This document shows positions 31,597 to 43,130 of a stretch of DNA of 43,130 nucleotides, piece after piece. This DNA comes from Thermococcus sp. (GTDB lineage: Archaea > Methanobacteriota_B > Thermococci > Thermococcales > Thermococcaceae). Position numbers and translations under genes: made by a program. A model generated the notes under the pieces. That model saw only the letters and a list, made by a program, of their open reading frames with translations, was not told the DNA's origin and did no database searches. Where the stretch lies: NCBI GenBank assembly GCA_021160985.1, contig JAGHBN010000159.1, positions 1-43,130 of the forward strand, given 5' to 3'. Within the stretch, counting starts at the first letter, position 1. Each line of letters starts with the position of its first letter.

Positions 31597-31611
31597 CGAA
31601 AAGCTTAAATA
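31597..31611 (+). promoter_or_regulatory. BRE-TATA promoter of the rpoH operon
   Basis: CGAAAAGCTTAAATA ~60 nt upstream of rpoH. Confidence 0.7.
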
Positions 31612-31671
31612 CCAAAAGCCAAACTCCGGAGGTAGAGAGTAGTTCTAAAAATGTTAAGGGGGCAGTTCTCG

Positions 31672-31920
31672 GTGGCGACGAAAAAAGAATTTGATGTGTT
31701 CACTCACGAGTTAGTTCCTGAGCACAGGGTGTTGAGTGAGGAGGAAAAGGAAGAGCTCCTCAGGAAGTACAGGATCAGGATATCCCAGCTTCCCCAGATT
31801 AAGGCCTCGGATCCGGCCGTCGTTGCGCTGGGTGCCAAGCCAGGGGACGTTATAGAGATAAAGAGAAAGAGCCCAACGGCGGGTTACTACTACTATTACC
31901 GCCTTGTGGTGGAGGACTGA
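31672..31920 (+). CDS. rpoH: RNA polymerase subunit H (Rpo5)
   Basis: HELVPEH, QLPQI..SDP, RKSPTAG; probable GTG start at 31672. Confidence 0.97.
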   Translation: MATKKEFDVFTHELVPEHRVLSEEEKEELLRKYRIRISQLPQIKASDPAVVALGAKPGDVIEIKRKSPTAGYYYYYRLVVED

Positions 31921-31935
31921 TTCTGGGGTGAGATC

Positions 31936-34900
31936 ATGAGAGGCCCGACAGTCGTAAATGTTACTCCCGACGATCTCTGGATTGTTATGGAGGCTTACTG
32001 GAAGGAGAAGGGACTTGTAAGGCAGCATCTCGATTCTTACAACGCATTTATCGATCACGGCCTTCAGGACGTCATAAATGAATTCGGCGGCATCAAGCCG
32101 GACATACCCGACTTCGAGGTCAAGTTCGGGAAGATACGCCTTGGGGAGCCCGAGTTCCAGGAGGCACAGGGACAGAGAAAGCCCCTCTATCCCATGGATG
32201 CAAGGATCAGGAACCTCACCTATTCTGCGCCGCTCTTCCTTGAACTTATCCCCGTTGTGAACGGAATCGAGCAGGAACCTGTGGAGGCAAGAATCGGTGA
32301 GCTCCCGATAATGCTCAAGTCCAAGGCCTGCAAGCTCTACGGACTCAGCGACGAAGAGCTGATAAAGCTGGGTGAAGACCCGAAAGACCCGGGAGGATAC
32401 TTCATCATAAACGGCTCCGAGAGGGTCATAGTTTCTATCGAAGACCTTGCTCCCAACAAGACTCTTGTCGAGAGGGACGAGAGGCAGAACAGGATAATCG
32501 CCAAAGTTTTCTCCTACAGGTATGGTTACAGGGCTCTGATCACAGTTGAGAGAAGAAAGGATGGAATCCTTTACGTTAACATACCCAACGTTCCAAGGCC
32601 CGTTAAGTTCGTCTATGTGATGAGGGCCCTTGGTCTCCTCAGCGATAAGGAGATCGTTGAGGCCGTAAGCAACGACCCGAAGATTCAGCAGGTTCTCTTC
32701 GACAACCTTGAGGATGCGAGCGATATAACCACTCAGGAGGCGGCCCTGGACTACATAGGGAAGCTCTCACTGCCAGGTCAGCCGAAGGAGTACAGGCTCA
32801 GAAGGGCGGAGCACATCATAGACAACAATCTCCTGCCACACATGGGCGTTGAGGCGAAGGACAGGAGGGCAAAGGCGTATTATCTCGGCATGATGGCCCT
32901 CCGCGTCCTCGAACTGTCGCTTGGAATGCGCGGTGAGGATGATAAGGACCACTACGCCAACAAGAGGCTCAAGCTCGCTGGAGACCTACTCAAGGACCTC
33001 TTCCGCGTTGCCTTCGGTCAGCTAGTCAAGGACATGCAGTACCAGATGACCAAGACGTACCAGAGAAAGGGCGAGCGTTACACATTCGAGAACGTTCAGA
33101 GGTTTGTTAGGAACTCGATAAGGCCCGACGTGCTTAGTGAGAGGATCGAGCACGCCCTCGCTACGGGTGCATGGCCCGGCGGAAGAACCGGTGTCAGCCA
33201 GCTTCTCGACAGAACCAACTACATGTCAACCCTTTCTCACCTCAGGCGTGTCACTTCTCCGCTCAGCAGGGATCAGCCCCACTTCGAAGCGCGTGATTTG
33301 CATGGAACCCACTGGGGAAGAATATGTCCGACTGAAACCCCAGAAGGTCCGAACTGTGGTCTGGTCAAGAACCTCGCTCTGATGGCCCAGATCACCACAG
33401 GAATTCCGGAAGAGGAAATAAGGGAGTACCTCAGGAAGCTTGGAGTCATCCCGATTGAGGAGAGAAGGCCCGCCCCAGGCCTCTACCGCGTCTACCTCAA
33501 CGGAGTTCTCATAGGAACCATAGAGGGCGGAAGGAGTTTCGTGGAGAGAATAAGGTCTGATAGGCGGAGCGGAAAAATAAGCGATGTTGTTAACGTTGCC
33601 ATATACGAGGAGGAAGACGTTCAGGAAGTTTACGTTAACAGCGACGATGGAAGGGTCAGGAGGCCGCTGATAATAGTTGAGAATGGGGAGCCGAAGCTCA
33701 CTAAGGAGCACGTAGAGGGCATAAAGAACGGCACTCTCAGCTGGAGCGATCTGATAAAGATGGGCGTCATTGAGTACCTGGATGCGGAGGAAGAGGAGAA
33801 CGCCTACGTTGCCACCTGGCCCTGGGAGGTCACCGAGGAGCACACCCACCTTGAGCTGATGCCCGCCGCCATACTCGGTATACCGGCTTCACTTGTCCCG
33901 TATCCGGAGCACAACGCGGCCCCGCGTAACACCTACGGTGCGGGTATGGCCAAGCAGAGCCTCGGTCTCGGCAGTGCCAACTTCCGCATAAGGGTCGATA
34001 CGCGCGGACACCTCATGCACTATCCGCAGGTTCCGCTTGTCAACTCGCGCATCATGAAGGCTGTCGGTTTTGAAGAGAGGCCCGCCGGTCAGAACTTCGT
34101 GGTCGCCGTGCTGAGCTACGGCGGATACAACATGGAAGATGCGGTCATCATGAACAAGGCATCGATAGAGCGCGGCCTGGCGAGGTCAACCTTCTTCAGG
34201 ACGTACGAAGCCGAGGAGAAGCGCTACCTCGGCGGTCAGACCGACAAGTTTGAGGTTCCCGACCCGACGATACAGGGCTACCTCGGCGAAAAATACTACA
34301 GGCACCTCGACGAGGATGGTATAATCTTCCCGGAGTCCAAGGTTTCCGGTAAGGACGTGCTCGTGGGAAGGACGTCCCCACCGAGGTTCCTTGAGGAGCA
34401 GAGCGGTCTCGGGGGTATAATCCTCCAGGAAAGACGTGAGACGAGTGTCTCGGTTAGGCCGAGCGAGAAGGGCATTGTCGACAAGGTCATTATCACAGAG
34501 ACCGGTGATGGAACCAAGCTCGTCAAGATAACCGTGAGAGACCTGCGCATCCCCGAGTTCGGTGACAAGTTCGCAAGCAGGCACGGACAGAAGGGTGTCA
34601 TCGGCCTCATCGTCCCGCAGGAGGACATGCCCTGGACCGAGAGCGGAATCGTTCCAGACCTCATAGTTAACCCGCACGGTATCCCGAGCCGTATGACCGT
34701 CGGACAGCTCATAGAGGCCATCGGCGGAAAGGTTGCGGCACTGAAGGGAAGGAGAGTTGACGGTACCGCATTCATCGGAGAGCCGGAGGAGAAGCTCAGG
34801 AAGGAGCTCGAGGAGCTCGGCTTCAAGCACAGCGGCAGAGAGGTCATGTACGACGGTATAACCGGCAGGAGGCTCGAGGCAGACATATTCATCGGTGTCA

Positions 34901-35298
34901 TCTACTACCAGAGGCTCCACCACATGGTCGCCGACAAGATGCACGCGAGGAGCAGGGGTCCGGTCCAGGTTCTCACCAAGCAGCCGACCGAGGGTAGAGC
35001 GAGGGAAGGTGGTCTCAGGTTCGGTGAGATGGAGCGTGACGTCCTCATCGGACACGGAGCCGCGATGCTGCTCATAGAGCGTCTGCTGGAGGAGAGCGAC
35101 AAGACAGAGGTATGGGTCTGTGAGAGCTGTGGACATCTGGCACTAGAAGACAAGCGCCGCGGTAAGGTTTACTGCCCGGTCTGTGGAGAGGAAGAGAAAA
35201 TAAGCAAGGTTGAGATGAGCTACGCCTTCAAGCTGCTTCTGGATGAGCTGAAGGCGATGGGAATAAGGCCGTCCCTCAACATAACGGATAGGGTGTGA
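31936..35298 (+). CDS. rpoB: RNA polymerase subunit B (Rpo2, unsplit)
   Basis: [25 protein letters not shown]; 1120 aa. Confidence 0.99.
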   Translation: MRGPTVVNVTPDDLWIVMEAYWKEKGLVRQHLDSYNAFIDHGLQDVINEFGGIKPDIPDFEVKFGKIRLGEPEFQEAQGQRKPLYPMDARIRNLTYSAPLFLELIPVVNGIEQEPVEARIGELPIMLKSKACKLYGLSDEELIKLGEDPKDPGGYFIINGSERVIVSIEDLAPNKTLVERDERQNRIIAKVFSYRYGYRALITVERRKDGILYVNIPNVPRPVKFVYVMRALGLLSDKEIVEAVSNDPKIQQVLFDNLEDASDITTQEAALDYIGKLSLPGQPKEYRLRRAEHIIDNNLLPHMGVEAKDRRAKAYYLGMMALRVLELSLGMRGEDDKDHYANKRLKLAGDLLKDLFRVAFGQLVKDMQYQMTKTYQRKGERYTFENVQRFVRNSIRPDVLSERIEHALATGAWPGGRTGVSQLLDRTNYMSTLSHLRRVTSPLSRDQPHFEARDLHGTHWGRICPTETPEGPNCGLVKNLALMAQITTGIPEEEIREYLRKLGVIPIEERRPAPGLYRVYLNGVLIGTIEGGRSFVERIRSDRRSGKISDVVNVAIYEEEDVQEVYVNSDDGRVRRPLIIVENGEPKLTKEHVEGIKNGTLSWSDLIKMGVIEYLDAEEEENAYVATWPWEVTEEHTHLELMPAAILGIPASLVPYPEHNAAPRNTYGAGMAKQSLGLGSANFRIRVDTRGHLMHYPQVPLVNSRIMKAVGFEERPAGQNFVVAVLSYGGYNMEDAVIMNKASIERGLARSTFFRTYEAEEKRYLGGQTDKFEVPDPTIQGYLGEKYYRHLDEDGIIFPESKVSGKDVLVGRTSPPRFLEEQSGLGGIILQERRETSVSVRPSEKGIVDKVIITETGDGTKLVKITVRDLRIPEFGDKFASRHGQKGVIGLIVPQEDMPWTESGIVPDLIVNPHGIPSRMTVGQLIEAIGGKVAALKGRRVDGTAFIGEPEEKLRKELEELGFKHSGREVMYDGITGRRLEADIFIGVIYYQRLHHMVADKMHARSRGPVQVLTKQPTEGRAREGGLRFGEMERDVLIGHGAAMLLIERLLEESDKTEVWVCESCGHLALEDKRRGKVYCPVCGEEEKISKVEMSYAFKLLLDELKAMGIRPSLNITDRV

Positions 35299-35302
35299 TA
35301 TC

Positions 35303-38020
35303 ATGCAGTCCATGAAAAAAGTCATCGGGAGTATTGAGTTTGGAATCCTCTCACCTCAGGAAATCAGAAAGATGAGCGCGGCTGAGATTACCATCCCGGA
35401 CACCTACGACGACGACGGCTACCCGATTGAAGGCGGCCTGATGGACAAAAGGCTGGGTGTTATAGACCCTGGTCTGAGGTGTGAGACCTGTGGTGCTCGT
35501 GCGGGCGACTGTCCGGGTCACTTCGGCCACGTTGAGCTCGCCAGGCCGATAATCCACGTCGGATTCGCTAAAACCATTCACAGGGTTCTCGAGAGCACCT
35601 GCCGGGAGTGCGGAAGGATAAAGCTCACCGAGGACGAGATACAGGAGTACATGAAGAAGTTCGAGGTAGTTGGTGACCGTAAGAAGGCCAAGGACAGGCT
35701 CATCAAGGAGATACACAAGAAGGCCAAGGAGAGAATGGTCTGCCCGCACTGCGGTGCTCCTCAGTTCCCGATTAAGTTTGAGAGGCCGACGATCTACTGG
35801 GAGCTGAGGAAGGACGAGGAGGGCAACGAGTACAGGCACAGGATGATGCCGAGCGAGGTTCGCGACAGGCTCGAGAAGATACCGGACAAGGACCTGCCGC
35901 TCCTCGGACTCCACCCGGAGAAGTCCAGGCCGGAGTGGATGGTTCTGACGGTCCTTCCGGTTCCGCCGGTCACAATGAGGCCGTCCATCACCCTCGAGAG
36001 CGGTATCCGTGCCGAAGACGACCTCACCCACAAGCTCGTCGACATCATCCGTATCAACAACAGGCTTAAGAGCAACATCGAGGCCGGTGCGCCCCAGCTC
36101 ATCATCGAGGACCTCTGGGACCTCCTCCAGTACCACGTTACCACCTACATCAACAACGAGACCTCCGGTATCCCGCCGGCCAAGCACAAGAGCGGAAGGC
36201 CCCTCAAGACCCTCTCCCAGAGGCTCAAGGGTAAGGAGGGCCGCTTCCGTGGAAACCTCAGCGGTAAGCGTGTCAACTTCTCCGCCCGTACTGTTATCAG
36301 CCCCGACCCGATGATAAGCATCAACGAGGTCGGTGTCCCGATAGCCGTTGCCATGGAGCTCACCGTTCCGGAGAAGGTCACGGAGTTCAACTTCCAAAAG
36401 CTCAAGCAGAGGGTTCTCAACGGGCCTGAGAAGTATCCTGGAGCCAACTACGTAATCGACCCTGAGGGAAGAAGGATAAGGCTCATGGAGAACAACCTCG
36501 AGATAATAGCGGAGAAGCTCGACATCGGCTGGACGGTCGAGAGGCACCTCGAGGATGGGGACATAGTGCTCTTCAACAGACAGCCGTCTCTCCACAGAAT
36601 GTCGATAATGGCCCACCGTGTTAGGGTTATGCCCTACAAGACCTTCCGCCTCAACCTCGCCGTTTGCCCGCCGTACAACGCCGACTTCGACGGTGACGAG
36701 ATGAACCTTCACGTGCCTCAGACGGAGGAGGCCCAGGCTGAAGCAAAGATTCTGATGGAGGTTCAGAACCACATAATCTCACCGCGTTACGGCGGTCCGC
36801 TCATAGCCGGAATGCAGGACCACATCTCTGGCGGCTACCTCCTCACGCGTGAGGGAGCATACTTCACGCGCTCAGAGGTCGAGCAGATGCTCATGTTCGC
36901 TGGCATCGAGGTCGAGGAGCTTCCCAAGCCGGACAAAAAGGAGAATGGAGTCGAGCTCTGGAGCGGAAAGACAATCTTCTCTCTCCTGCTTCCTGACGAC
37001 CTTACAATCTGGTACCGCAACAAGCTCTGCGACGATCCGGAGCGTTGCGAGGCCCTTGAGAAGCTCATCGAAGAGAAGCTCGTTCCGGACGAGGAAGAGG
37101 TCAGAAAGCTCGCATACGATGGATTCACTTACATCCTTAACGGAAAGCTCCTAAGCGGCGTCGTTGACAAGAAGGCCTACGGCAGGGAGGACGGAAAGCT
37201 CCTCGACATTATTGTGAGGGAATACGGTGTCGAGAGGGCCAGGCAGTTCCTCGACCAGGTCACCAAGCTCACCATATGGGTCATAACCCACCGTGGATTT
37301 ACGACGGCCATAGACGATGAAGACCTTCCGGACGAGGCCCTTGACAGGATTCATGAGATAATCCGCGAGGCTGAGGAGAGAGTCCAGAGACTCATTGAGG
37401 CGTACAGGAACGGCGAGCTCGAGCCGCTGCCGGGTAAGACCCTTGAGGAGACCCTTGAGAGCAACATCATGGCCGTCCTGGCTGAGGCACGTGACAACGC
37501 CGGTAAAGTGGCCGAGAAGTACCTCGGTATGACGAACCACGCGGTGATAATGGCCAAGACAGGAGCGAGGGGTAAAATACTCAACATCACCCAGATGGCC
37601 GCTATGCTCGGACAGCAGTCCATCCGTGGAAAGAGGCTCTACCGCGGCTACCGCGGAAGGGTTCTCACCCACTTCAAGCCCGGCGACCTGAGTGCCAAGG
37701 CGAGAGGGTTTGTTACGAACTCCTACAAGAGCGGTCTGACGCCCCAGGAGTACTTCTTCCACGCCATGGGTGGTAGAGAGGGACTGGTTGACACCGCCGT
37801 CAGGACTGCCCAGAGCGGTTACATGCAGCGCAGGCTCATAAACGCCCTCCAGGATCTCAAGGTTGACTACGATGGAACTGTCAGGGACCCGAGCGGTATC
37901 ATAGTCCAGTTCAAGTACGGAGAAGACGGTGTCGATCCAATGAAGAGCTGGCAGGGTAAGACTGTCGACGTTGACAGGGTTATAGTCAGAACACTCCTCA
38001 AAGTTAGGGGGAGGAGGTGA
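35303..38020 (+). CDS. rpoA1: RNA polymerase subunit A' (Rpo1N)
   Basis: Catalytic NADFDGD motif; N-terminal Zn sites. Confidence 0.99.
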   Translation: MQSMKKVIGSIEFGILSPQEIRKMSAAEITIPDTYDDDGYPIEGGLMDKRLGVIDPGLRCETCGARAGDCPGHFGHVELARPIIHVGFAKTIHRVLESTCRECGRIKLTEDEIQEYMKKFEVVGDRKKAKDRLIKEIHKKAKERMVCPHCGAPQFPIKFERPTIYWELRKDEEGNEYRHRMMPSEVRDRLEKIPDKDLPLLGLHPEKSRPEWMVLTVLPVPPVTMRPSITLESGIRAEDDLTHKLVDIIRINNRLKSNIEAGAPQLIIEDLWDLLQYHVTTYINNETSGIPPAKHKSGRPLKTLSQRLKGKEGRFRGNLSGKRVNFSARTVISPDPMISINEVGVPIAVAMELTVPEKVTEFNFQKLKQRVLNGPEKYPGANYVIDPEGRRIRLMENNLEIIAEKLDIGWTVERHLEDGDIVLFNRQPSLHRMSIMAHRVRVMPYKTFRLNLAVCPPYNADFDGDEMNLHVPQTEEAQAEAKILMEVQNHIISPRYGGPLIAGMQDHISGGYLLTREGAYFTRSEVEQMLMFAGIEVEELPKPDKKENGVELWSGKTIFSLLLPDDLTIWYRNKLCDDPERCEALEKLIEEKLVPDEEEVRKLAYDGFTYILNGKLLSGVVDKKAYGREDGKLLDIIVREYGVERARQFLDQVTKLTIWVITHRGFTTAIDDEDLPDEALDRIHEIIREAEERVQRLIEAYRNGELEPLPGKTLEETLESNIMAVLAEARDNAGKVAEKYLGMTNHAVIMAKTGARGKILNITQMAAMLGQQSIRGKRLYRGYRGRVLTHFKPGDLSAKARGFVTNSYKSGLTPQEYFFHAMGGREGLVDTAVRTAQSGYMQRRLINALQDLKVDYDGTVRDPSGIIVQFKYGEDGVDPMKSWQGKTVDVDRVIVRTLLKVRGRR

Positions 38021-38025
38021 TTGGA

Positions 38026-39201
38026 ATGGTTGCAGCGAAGACCATAAAAACCCTAGTTAACAAGTCCGAGCTTCCGGACAACATCAAGGAGGAGCTCTAT
38101 AACAAGCTCATCGAATACAACAAGAAGTACAAGCTCAAGAAGGCTGAAGTGGAGGCCATAATCGAGGAGACCGTGAAGGAGTACAAAAAGGCCCTGATAG
38201 AGCCCGGTGAGGCCATAGGAACAGTCGCGGCCCAGTCCATAGGTGAGCCCTCAACGCAGATGACGCTCAACACCTTCCACTATGCGGGTGTTGCTGAAAT
38301 CAACGTCACCCTCGGTCTGCCGAGAGTCATCGAGATTGTCGATGCGAGAAAGAACCCATCAACTCCGATCATGACAGTCTACCTTGACGAGAAGCACCGC
38401 TACGACAGGGAGAAGGCCCTTGAGGTCGCGAGGCGCATAGAGGGAACTTCCCTTGAAAACCTCGCGAGGGAGATGAGTCTCGACATCCTGAACTACGAGT
38501 TCGTGGTTGAGATAGACCCGGAGAGGCTGCAGAAGAGCGGTCTCGACATGGAAAAGGTGCAGAGAAAGCTCGAAAGCTCGTTCAAGAGCGCTGAATTTGA
38601 AACCGAGGGCTATGTTCTCATAATGAGGCCCAAGAAGGTTGGTAAGCTCTCCGACCTGAGGAGGCTCTCCGAAAAGGTTAAAAAGCACCGCCTTAAGGGA
38701 CTCTCGGGTGTCAGGAAGACCATCATAAGGAAGGAAGGGGACGAGTACGTAATCTACACCGAGGGGTCAAACTTCAAGCAGGTGCTCAAGGTTCCGGGCG
38801 TGGATCCCACCAAGACCAGGACGAACAACATATGGGAAATAGCAGAGGTGCTTGGAATCGAGGCAGCGAGAAACGCTATCATCGAAGAAATCGTTAATAC
38901 GATGCGCGAGCAGGGTCTGGAGGTCGACCTCAGGCACATAATGCTCGTCGCTGACATGATGACGCTTGATGGTGTGATACTGCCCATAGGCAGGCACGGT
39001 ATAGTTGGGGAGAAGGCCAGCGTGCTTGCCAGGGCCGCCTTCGAGATAACCACCCAGCACCTGTTCGAGGCGGCCGAAAGGGGCGAAGTTGACCCGCTCA
39101 ACGGTGTCGTTGAGAACGTCCTGATAGGACAGCCCGTGCCCGTTGGGACGGGAATTGTCAAACTGGCAATGAATCTCCCCCTGAGACCGAAAAGGGAGTA
39201 G
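38026..39201 (+). CDS. rpoA2: RNA polymerase subunit A'' (Rpo1C)
   Basis: [21 protein letters not shown] trigger loop. Confidence 0.98.
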   Translation: MVAAKTIKTLVNKSELPDNIKEELYNKLIEYNKKYKLKKAEVEAIIEETVKEYKKALIEPGEAIGTVAAQSIGEPSTQMTLNTFHYAGVAEINVTLGLPRVIEIVDARKNPSTPIMTVYLDEKHRYDREKALEVARRIEGTSLENLAREMSLDILNYEFVVEIDPERLQKSGLDMEKVQRKLESSFKSAEFETEGYVLIMRPKKVGKLSDLRRLSEKVKKHRLKGLSGVRKTIIRKEGDEYVIYTEGSNFKQVLKVPGVDPTKTRTNNIWEIAEVLGIEAARNAIIEEIVNTMREQGLEVDLRHIMLVADMMTLDGVILPIGRHGIVGEKASVLARAAFEITTQHLFEAAERGEVDPLNGVVENVLIGQPVPVGTGIVKLAMNLPLRPKRE

Positions 39202-39215
39202 GGAGGTGTGATTGA

Positions 39216-39961
<746 letters not shown>

Positions 39962-39971
39962 GGTGATGATC

Positions 39972-40415
39972 ATGGCTGGAAAGAAAGCCCCGTATGGAGA
40001 GTTTGCCGGTAGGAAGCTCAAGCTCAAGAGAAAGAAGTTCCGCTGGAGCGACATAAGGTACAAGAGGAGAGTCCTTCGCCTGAAGGAGAAGAGCGACCCG
40101 CTTGAGGGAGCTCCGCAGGCCAAAGGGATAGTCCTTGAGAAGATAGCCGTCGAGGCAAAGCAGCCGAACTCCGCTATGCGTAAGGCAGTCCGTGTTCAGC
40201 TCATCAAGAACGGTAAGGTCGTTACCGCCTTCACTCCGGGTGACGGTGCTATCAACCACATCGACGAGCACGACGAGGTCATCATCGAGGGAATCGGCGG
40301 TCCTAAGGGTGGTTCGATGGGTGATATCCCGGGAATCAGGTACAAGGTCGTCAAGGTCAACAGGGTCTCCCTCAAGGAGCTCGTCAAGGGAAGGAAGGAG
40401 AAACCGAGGAGGTGA
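39972..40415 (+). CDS. rps12: 30S ribosomal protein S12
   Basis: [20 protein letters not shown]. Confidence 0.98.
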   Translation: MAGKKAPYGEFAGRKLKLKRKKFRWSDIRYKRRVLRLKEKSDPLEGAPQAKGIVLEKIAVEAKQPNSAMRKAVRVQLIKNGKVVTAFTPGDGAINHIDEHDEVIIEGIGGPKGGSMGDIPGIRYKVVKVNRVSLKELVKGRKEKPRR

Positions 40416-40420
40416 AGTGA

Positions 40421-41068
40421 ATGGCCAAGCCGCTCACCGAACGCTTTTTCATCCCGAAGGAGCCCAAGGTCATGGGCAGGTGGAGCGTTGAGGACGTCGT
40501 CGTTAACGACCCGTCTCTCAGGCCCTACATAAACCTCGAACCGAGACTCCTTCCTCACACCCACGGAAGGCACGCCAAGAAGGCCTTTGGTAAGGCCCAG
40601 GTCCACATCGTTGAGAGGCTCATCAACAAGGTCATGCGCAGCGGTGCCAGCAGCCACAAGGTCGGCGGCCACTTCATGAGGCGCGAACACCGCTCACTCA
40701 TGAGCAAGAAGATGAAGGCCTACGAGGTCGTCAAGGAGGCCTTCATGATTATCGAGCGCAGAACCAAGCAGAACCCGATTCAGGTCCTCGTCAGGGCCAT
40801 CGAAAACTCCGCCCCGAGGGAGGACACGACAACCATCGCCTTCGGTGGAATCCGCTACCACATGGCAGTTGACGTTTCCCCGCTCAGGAGGCTCGACATT
40901 GCCCTCAAGAACATCGCCCTCGGCGCTTCAGTCAAGTGCTACAGGAACAAGACCAGCTACGCCCAGGCCCTCGCCGAGGAAATAATCGCTGCCGCCAACA
41001 AGGACCCGAAGAGCTTCGCCTACAGCAAGAAGGAAGAGATCGAGAGGATTGCCCAGTCCTCACGCTGA
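40421..41068 (+). CDS. rps7: 30S ribosomal protein S7
   Basis: [29 protein letters not shown]. Confidence 0.98.
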   Translation: MAKPLTERFFIPKEPKVMGRWSVEDVVVNDPSLRPYINLEPRLLPHTHGRHAKKAFGKAQVHIVERLINKVMRSGASSHKVGGHFMRREHRSLMSKKMKAYEVVKEAFMIIERRTKQNPIQVLVRAIENSAPREDTTTIAFGGIRYHMAVDVSPLRRLDIALKNIALGASVKCYRNKTSYAQALAEEIIAAANKDPKSFAYSKKEEIERIAQSSR

Positions 41069-41165
41069 GGGCTGGAGGCGTTCTCTTACCTTTCTGCTTT
41101 TCTGACCTCATTAATAATCGGCAAGGTTTTTGGGCTCGAATGAGAGTTCTTTTCTGGTGGTTGAG

Positions 41166-41351
41166 TTGGGGAAGCGAAAATTTCAGGCCCCTGACTTTGG
41201 AGATGAAGTGGTTCTTGTCCCGATCGAAGATGGCGTATAGTTGCGTGGAATTCTAAAGCTCGACAAGTCTGCTAAGGAGATCATGCAGGAAATTCGCGAG
41301 AAAGAAAAGGAGTTTGAAGAACGCAAACTCCGCCGTCTTGGACTGCTCTGA
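41166..41351 (+). pseudogene. Remnant of AbrB/MazE(VapB)-type antitoxin gene with in-frame TAG
   Basis: Manual translation MGKRKFQAPDFGDEVVLVPIEDGV*LRGILKLDKSAKEIMQEIREKEKEFEERKLRRLGLL*; GGTGG RBS at 41156-41160; TAG at 41238-41240. Confidence 0.55.
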
Positions 41352-41389
41352 GCTTTTCTCCAGATATTATACCCTTCGGGAGAAGGGAA

Positions 41390-41773
41390 ATGGGAACATT
41401 AGCTTTTATAGGGGGTACTATTTTGTTTATATCAAGTTTTATAGGATTACTTGAACCCACTAAATGGTTCAAACACCCTGAATTTGGCAAATTGGGAGTT
41501 ATTGACCAAATGAAAGAATCAGCAATCATCTTGATTGGAATTGTAGCAGGCAATATTATTTTGTTCTTTGATCCCGAGTGGTATGCTGAAGTACCAATCT
41601 GGATGTTAGCCCTCTCTTCACTAGCATTCACGTTTGCTTTGGTGTCTTTAGGAATAAACTACCGCCGCCTCAAACGCTTCGAGCAGGAGGAGATGCTCGA
41701 AAGGCTCGCCGAGAAGATGGGCGAGAAGCTCGGCGAGTCAATGGCCAAGGGCATAAAGGCGAAGGAGTCTTAA
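41390..41773 (+). CDS. Small 3-TM membrane protein with charged C-terminal helix; AT-rich
   Basis: 127-aa ORF; AT-rich TM part, GC-rich native-codon tail from ~41660. Confidence 0.7.
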   Translation: MGTLAFIGGTILFISSFIGLLEPTKWFKHPEFGKLGVIDQMKESAIILIGIVAGNIILFFDPEWYAEVPIWMLALSSLAFTFALVSLGINYRRLKRFEQEEMLERLAEKMGEKLGESMAKGIKAKES

Positions 41774-41810
41774 TCCCCATGTTTTTAATTCCCCTCTCCC
41801 ATTTCTTACA

Positions 41811-41962
41811 ATGAAGCCTGAAAAACGCCGACGTCCTGAGGAAAATACGAAGAAAAGGCTGACTAAGTACTATGGAGTATTCAAAGGCGAAATCTGGGCA
41901 CGGAAGAGATTGACAAGTTGATTGAGAAAGAGACGGAAGAACTTTTGCGAAAAGAGCTGTGA
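41811..41962 (+). pseudogene. Second antitoxin-like C-terminal remnant, frameshifted
   Basis: MKPEKRRRPEENTKKRLTKYYGVFKGE / NLGTEEIDKLIEKETEELLRKEL* joins if one A is restored in GAAAT at 41889-41893. Confidence 0.4.
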
Positions 41963-41973
41963 GGCGTTTCAGC

Positions 41974-43092
41974 TTAAACCAAACTCTTCCCCACCATGTT
42001 CCCCGGTTTCTCAACTCCGAAGAACCTAAGCACAGTCGGTGCTATGTCCATCAGGCTCGGCTCTTCGAGTTCAACGTTCTCAAAGCCCCAGAGAATCAGC
42101 GGAACCTCTATCACCGGTTCGTTCATCGAGCCGTGCATTCCCCTGACCCAGTGGCTCACGCCTTTTATCCCCTTGCACATCCTATGGGAGCAGAACCAGT
42201 AGCCAGGCTTCGCCGAGACAATCAGCTCACCGCTGTTCGAGCTGTTTAGGTGTTCCAGCTCGTCCCGGAAGAAGACCGCCCCAACGCCAGGTGCCTTTCT
42301 GAGGACTTCAAATGCTTCCTCAGCCTCGTTCGGGTTTCTCAGGTAGACGTGAACGCCCCCGCCGGAGGAAATGCGGAGCGTCTCTATGCCGTGCTTTCTG
42401 AGGTATGCCTTCAGGTTGACCCATGTGTGGACTTCCTCCTGCCCGTGGTCGGCGAAGATTACGAAGGCGTACTCGTCTTTAAGACGCTCCCAGAGGGTTC
42501 TAACAGCGGTATCAACTGTCTCAACGGCCTTGAGCGCGTCCTCACTCAGGGGCCCGTAGTCATGCCCCATGCCGTCAATTGAGGCGAAGTGGACGAGGAG
42601 CAAGTCCGGCTTGCATTCCTCGTGGAGGTAGAGGGCCGAGTTGAGAACCCACACATCTTTTCTCCAGTCGCGCCCGTGTCGCCTGTACATCTTGTCGCTC
42701 GCGAAGAAGGGCGGGAATATCCTAACGTCCGTCCCGCTGAAGGGGGGCATGGTGTAGCCTGAAACACTTGCCGTTCTAACACCGCGCCCCCGGAGTATGT
42801 CAACGATTGTCGGGGCCTTGATGACCCTGTGGGGGTTGAAGGCCACCTCATAATCGTAGAAGTTCACCTTCCTATCGGTTAGCCTGTCGTAGTAGCCGTT
42901 CTCGACGACGCCGTGGTTCTTGGGCCAGACCCCCGTCATAACGCTCGTATGGACTAAATCCGTCAGCGTTGGGAAGATTGAATCCACTACCGCGAAGCTT
43001 CCAGTCTCAGCTAACTCGCTCAGGAACGGCATGCGCTCCAGATTGTAAACGCCGTTCCCGTCGAGGCTTATGAGGGCGAGCTTCTTTCTCAT
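41974..43092 (-). CDS. Alkaline phosphatase superfamily protein (nucleotide pyrophosphatase/phosphodiesterase-like)
   Basis: LISLDG, FPTLT (Thr nucleophile), D..GH..GP, ADHGQ, GMHG; start follows GGTGA. Confidence 0.9.
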   Translation of the reverse strand: MRKKLALISLDGNGVYNLERMPFLSELAETGSFAVVDSIFPTLTDLVHTSVMTGVWPKNHGVVENGYYDRLTDRKVNFYDYEVAFNPHRVIKAPTIVDILRGRGVRTASVSGYTMPPFSGTDVRIFPPFFASDKMYRRHGRDWRKDVWVLNSALYLHEECKPDLLLVHFASIDGMGHDYGPLSEDALKAVETVDTAVRTLWERLKDEYAFVIFADHGQEEVHTWVNLKAYLRKHGIETLRISSGGGVHVYLRNPNEAEEAFEVLRKAPGVGAVFFRDELEHLNSSNSGELIVSAKPGYWFCSHRMCKGIKGVSHWVRGMHGSMNEPVIEVPLILWGFENVELEEPSLMDIAPTVLRFFGVEKPGNMVGKSLV

Positions 43093-43130
43093 TTCCATCA
43101 CCGGTGTCAGCCTGACGTGCACTCTTCACC

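Noticed and set aside
35351-36772. 473-aa antisense ORF in rpoA1 (likewise 18306-19424, 34186-35136, 6527-7345, 10250-11047 and similar)
   Set aside because: Shadow ORFs from strong codon bias in real genes on the opposite strand; no recognisable motifs.
31936-39201. Inteins in RNA polymerase subunits
   Set aside because: Lengths are canonical and no intein splice or LAGLIDADG motifs were seen.
41936-41960. GAACTTTTGCGAAAAGAG as another terminal hairpin of the palindromic family
   Set aside because: Short stem, no foot, no central hairpin or mirror arm; better explained as coding remnant (EELLRKEL).
43105-43130. 3' end of a further minus-strand gene at the right edge
   Set aside because: Too little sequence to assign frame or product.

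Overview
Archaeal chromosomal DNA, almost certainly from Thermococcus (order Thermococcales), judged by gene content, GGTG(A) ribosome-binding sites and BRE-TATA promoters. Most of the window is core genome: csl4-DUF2067-rpoL-RNase III-like operon, thrS, TIP26, uppS, hjc, a TET aminopeptidase cluster, trkH, map, tRNA-Ser(CGA), a CBS+HPF-like protein, glmU-like, uppP, a NOG1 GTPase, rps8e, pyrG, tRNA-Pro(TGG) and the rpoH-B-A1-A2-rpl30e-nusA-rps12-rps7 operon. Four regions are not explained by the ORF track. (1) 30.45-31.17 kb is an AT-rich concatemer of ~300-bp degenerate palindromes. Each has a central GC hairpin and terminal hairpins ~140 bp either side, the units are fused at truncated terminal hairpins, and the array abuts tRNA-Pro (REPIN/MITE-like). 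(2) A hotspot after rps7 holds two decayed antitoxin-like remnants around a compositionally chimeric membrane ORF. (3) A frameshifted membrane gene has an intact paralogue on the other side of pyrG. (4) A probable ribosome hibernation factor has tandem promoters and a Phr-like operator. Family assignments come from motif recognition and memory; no database searches were run.
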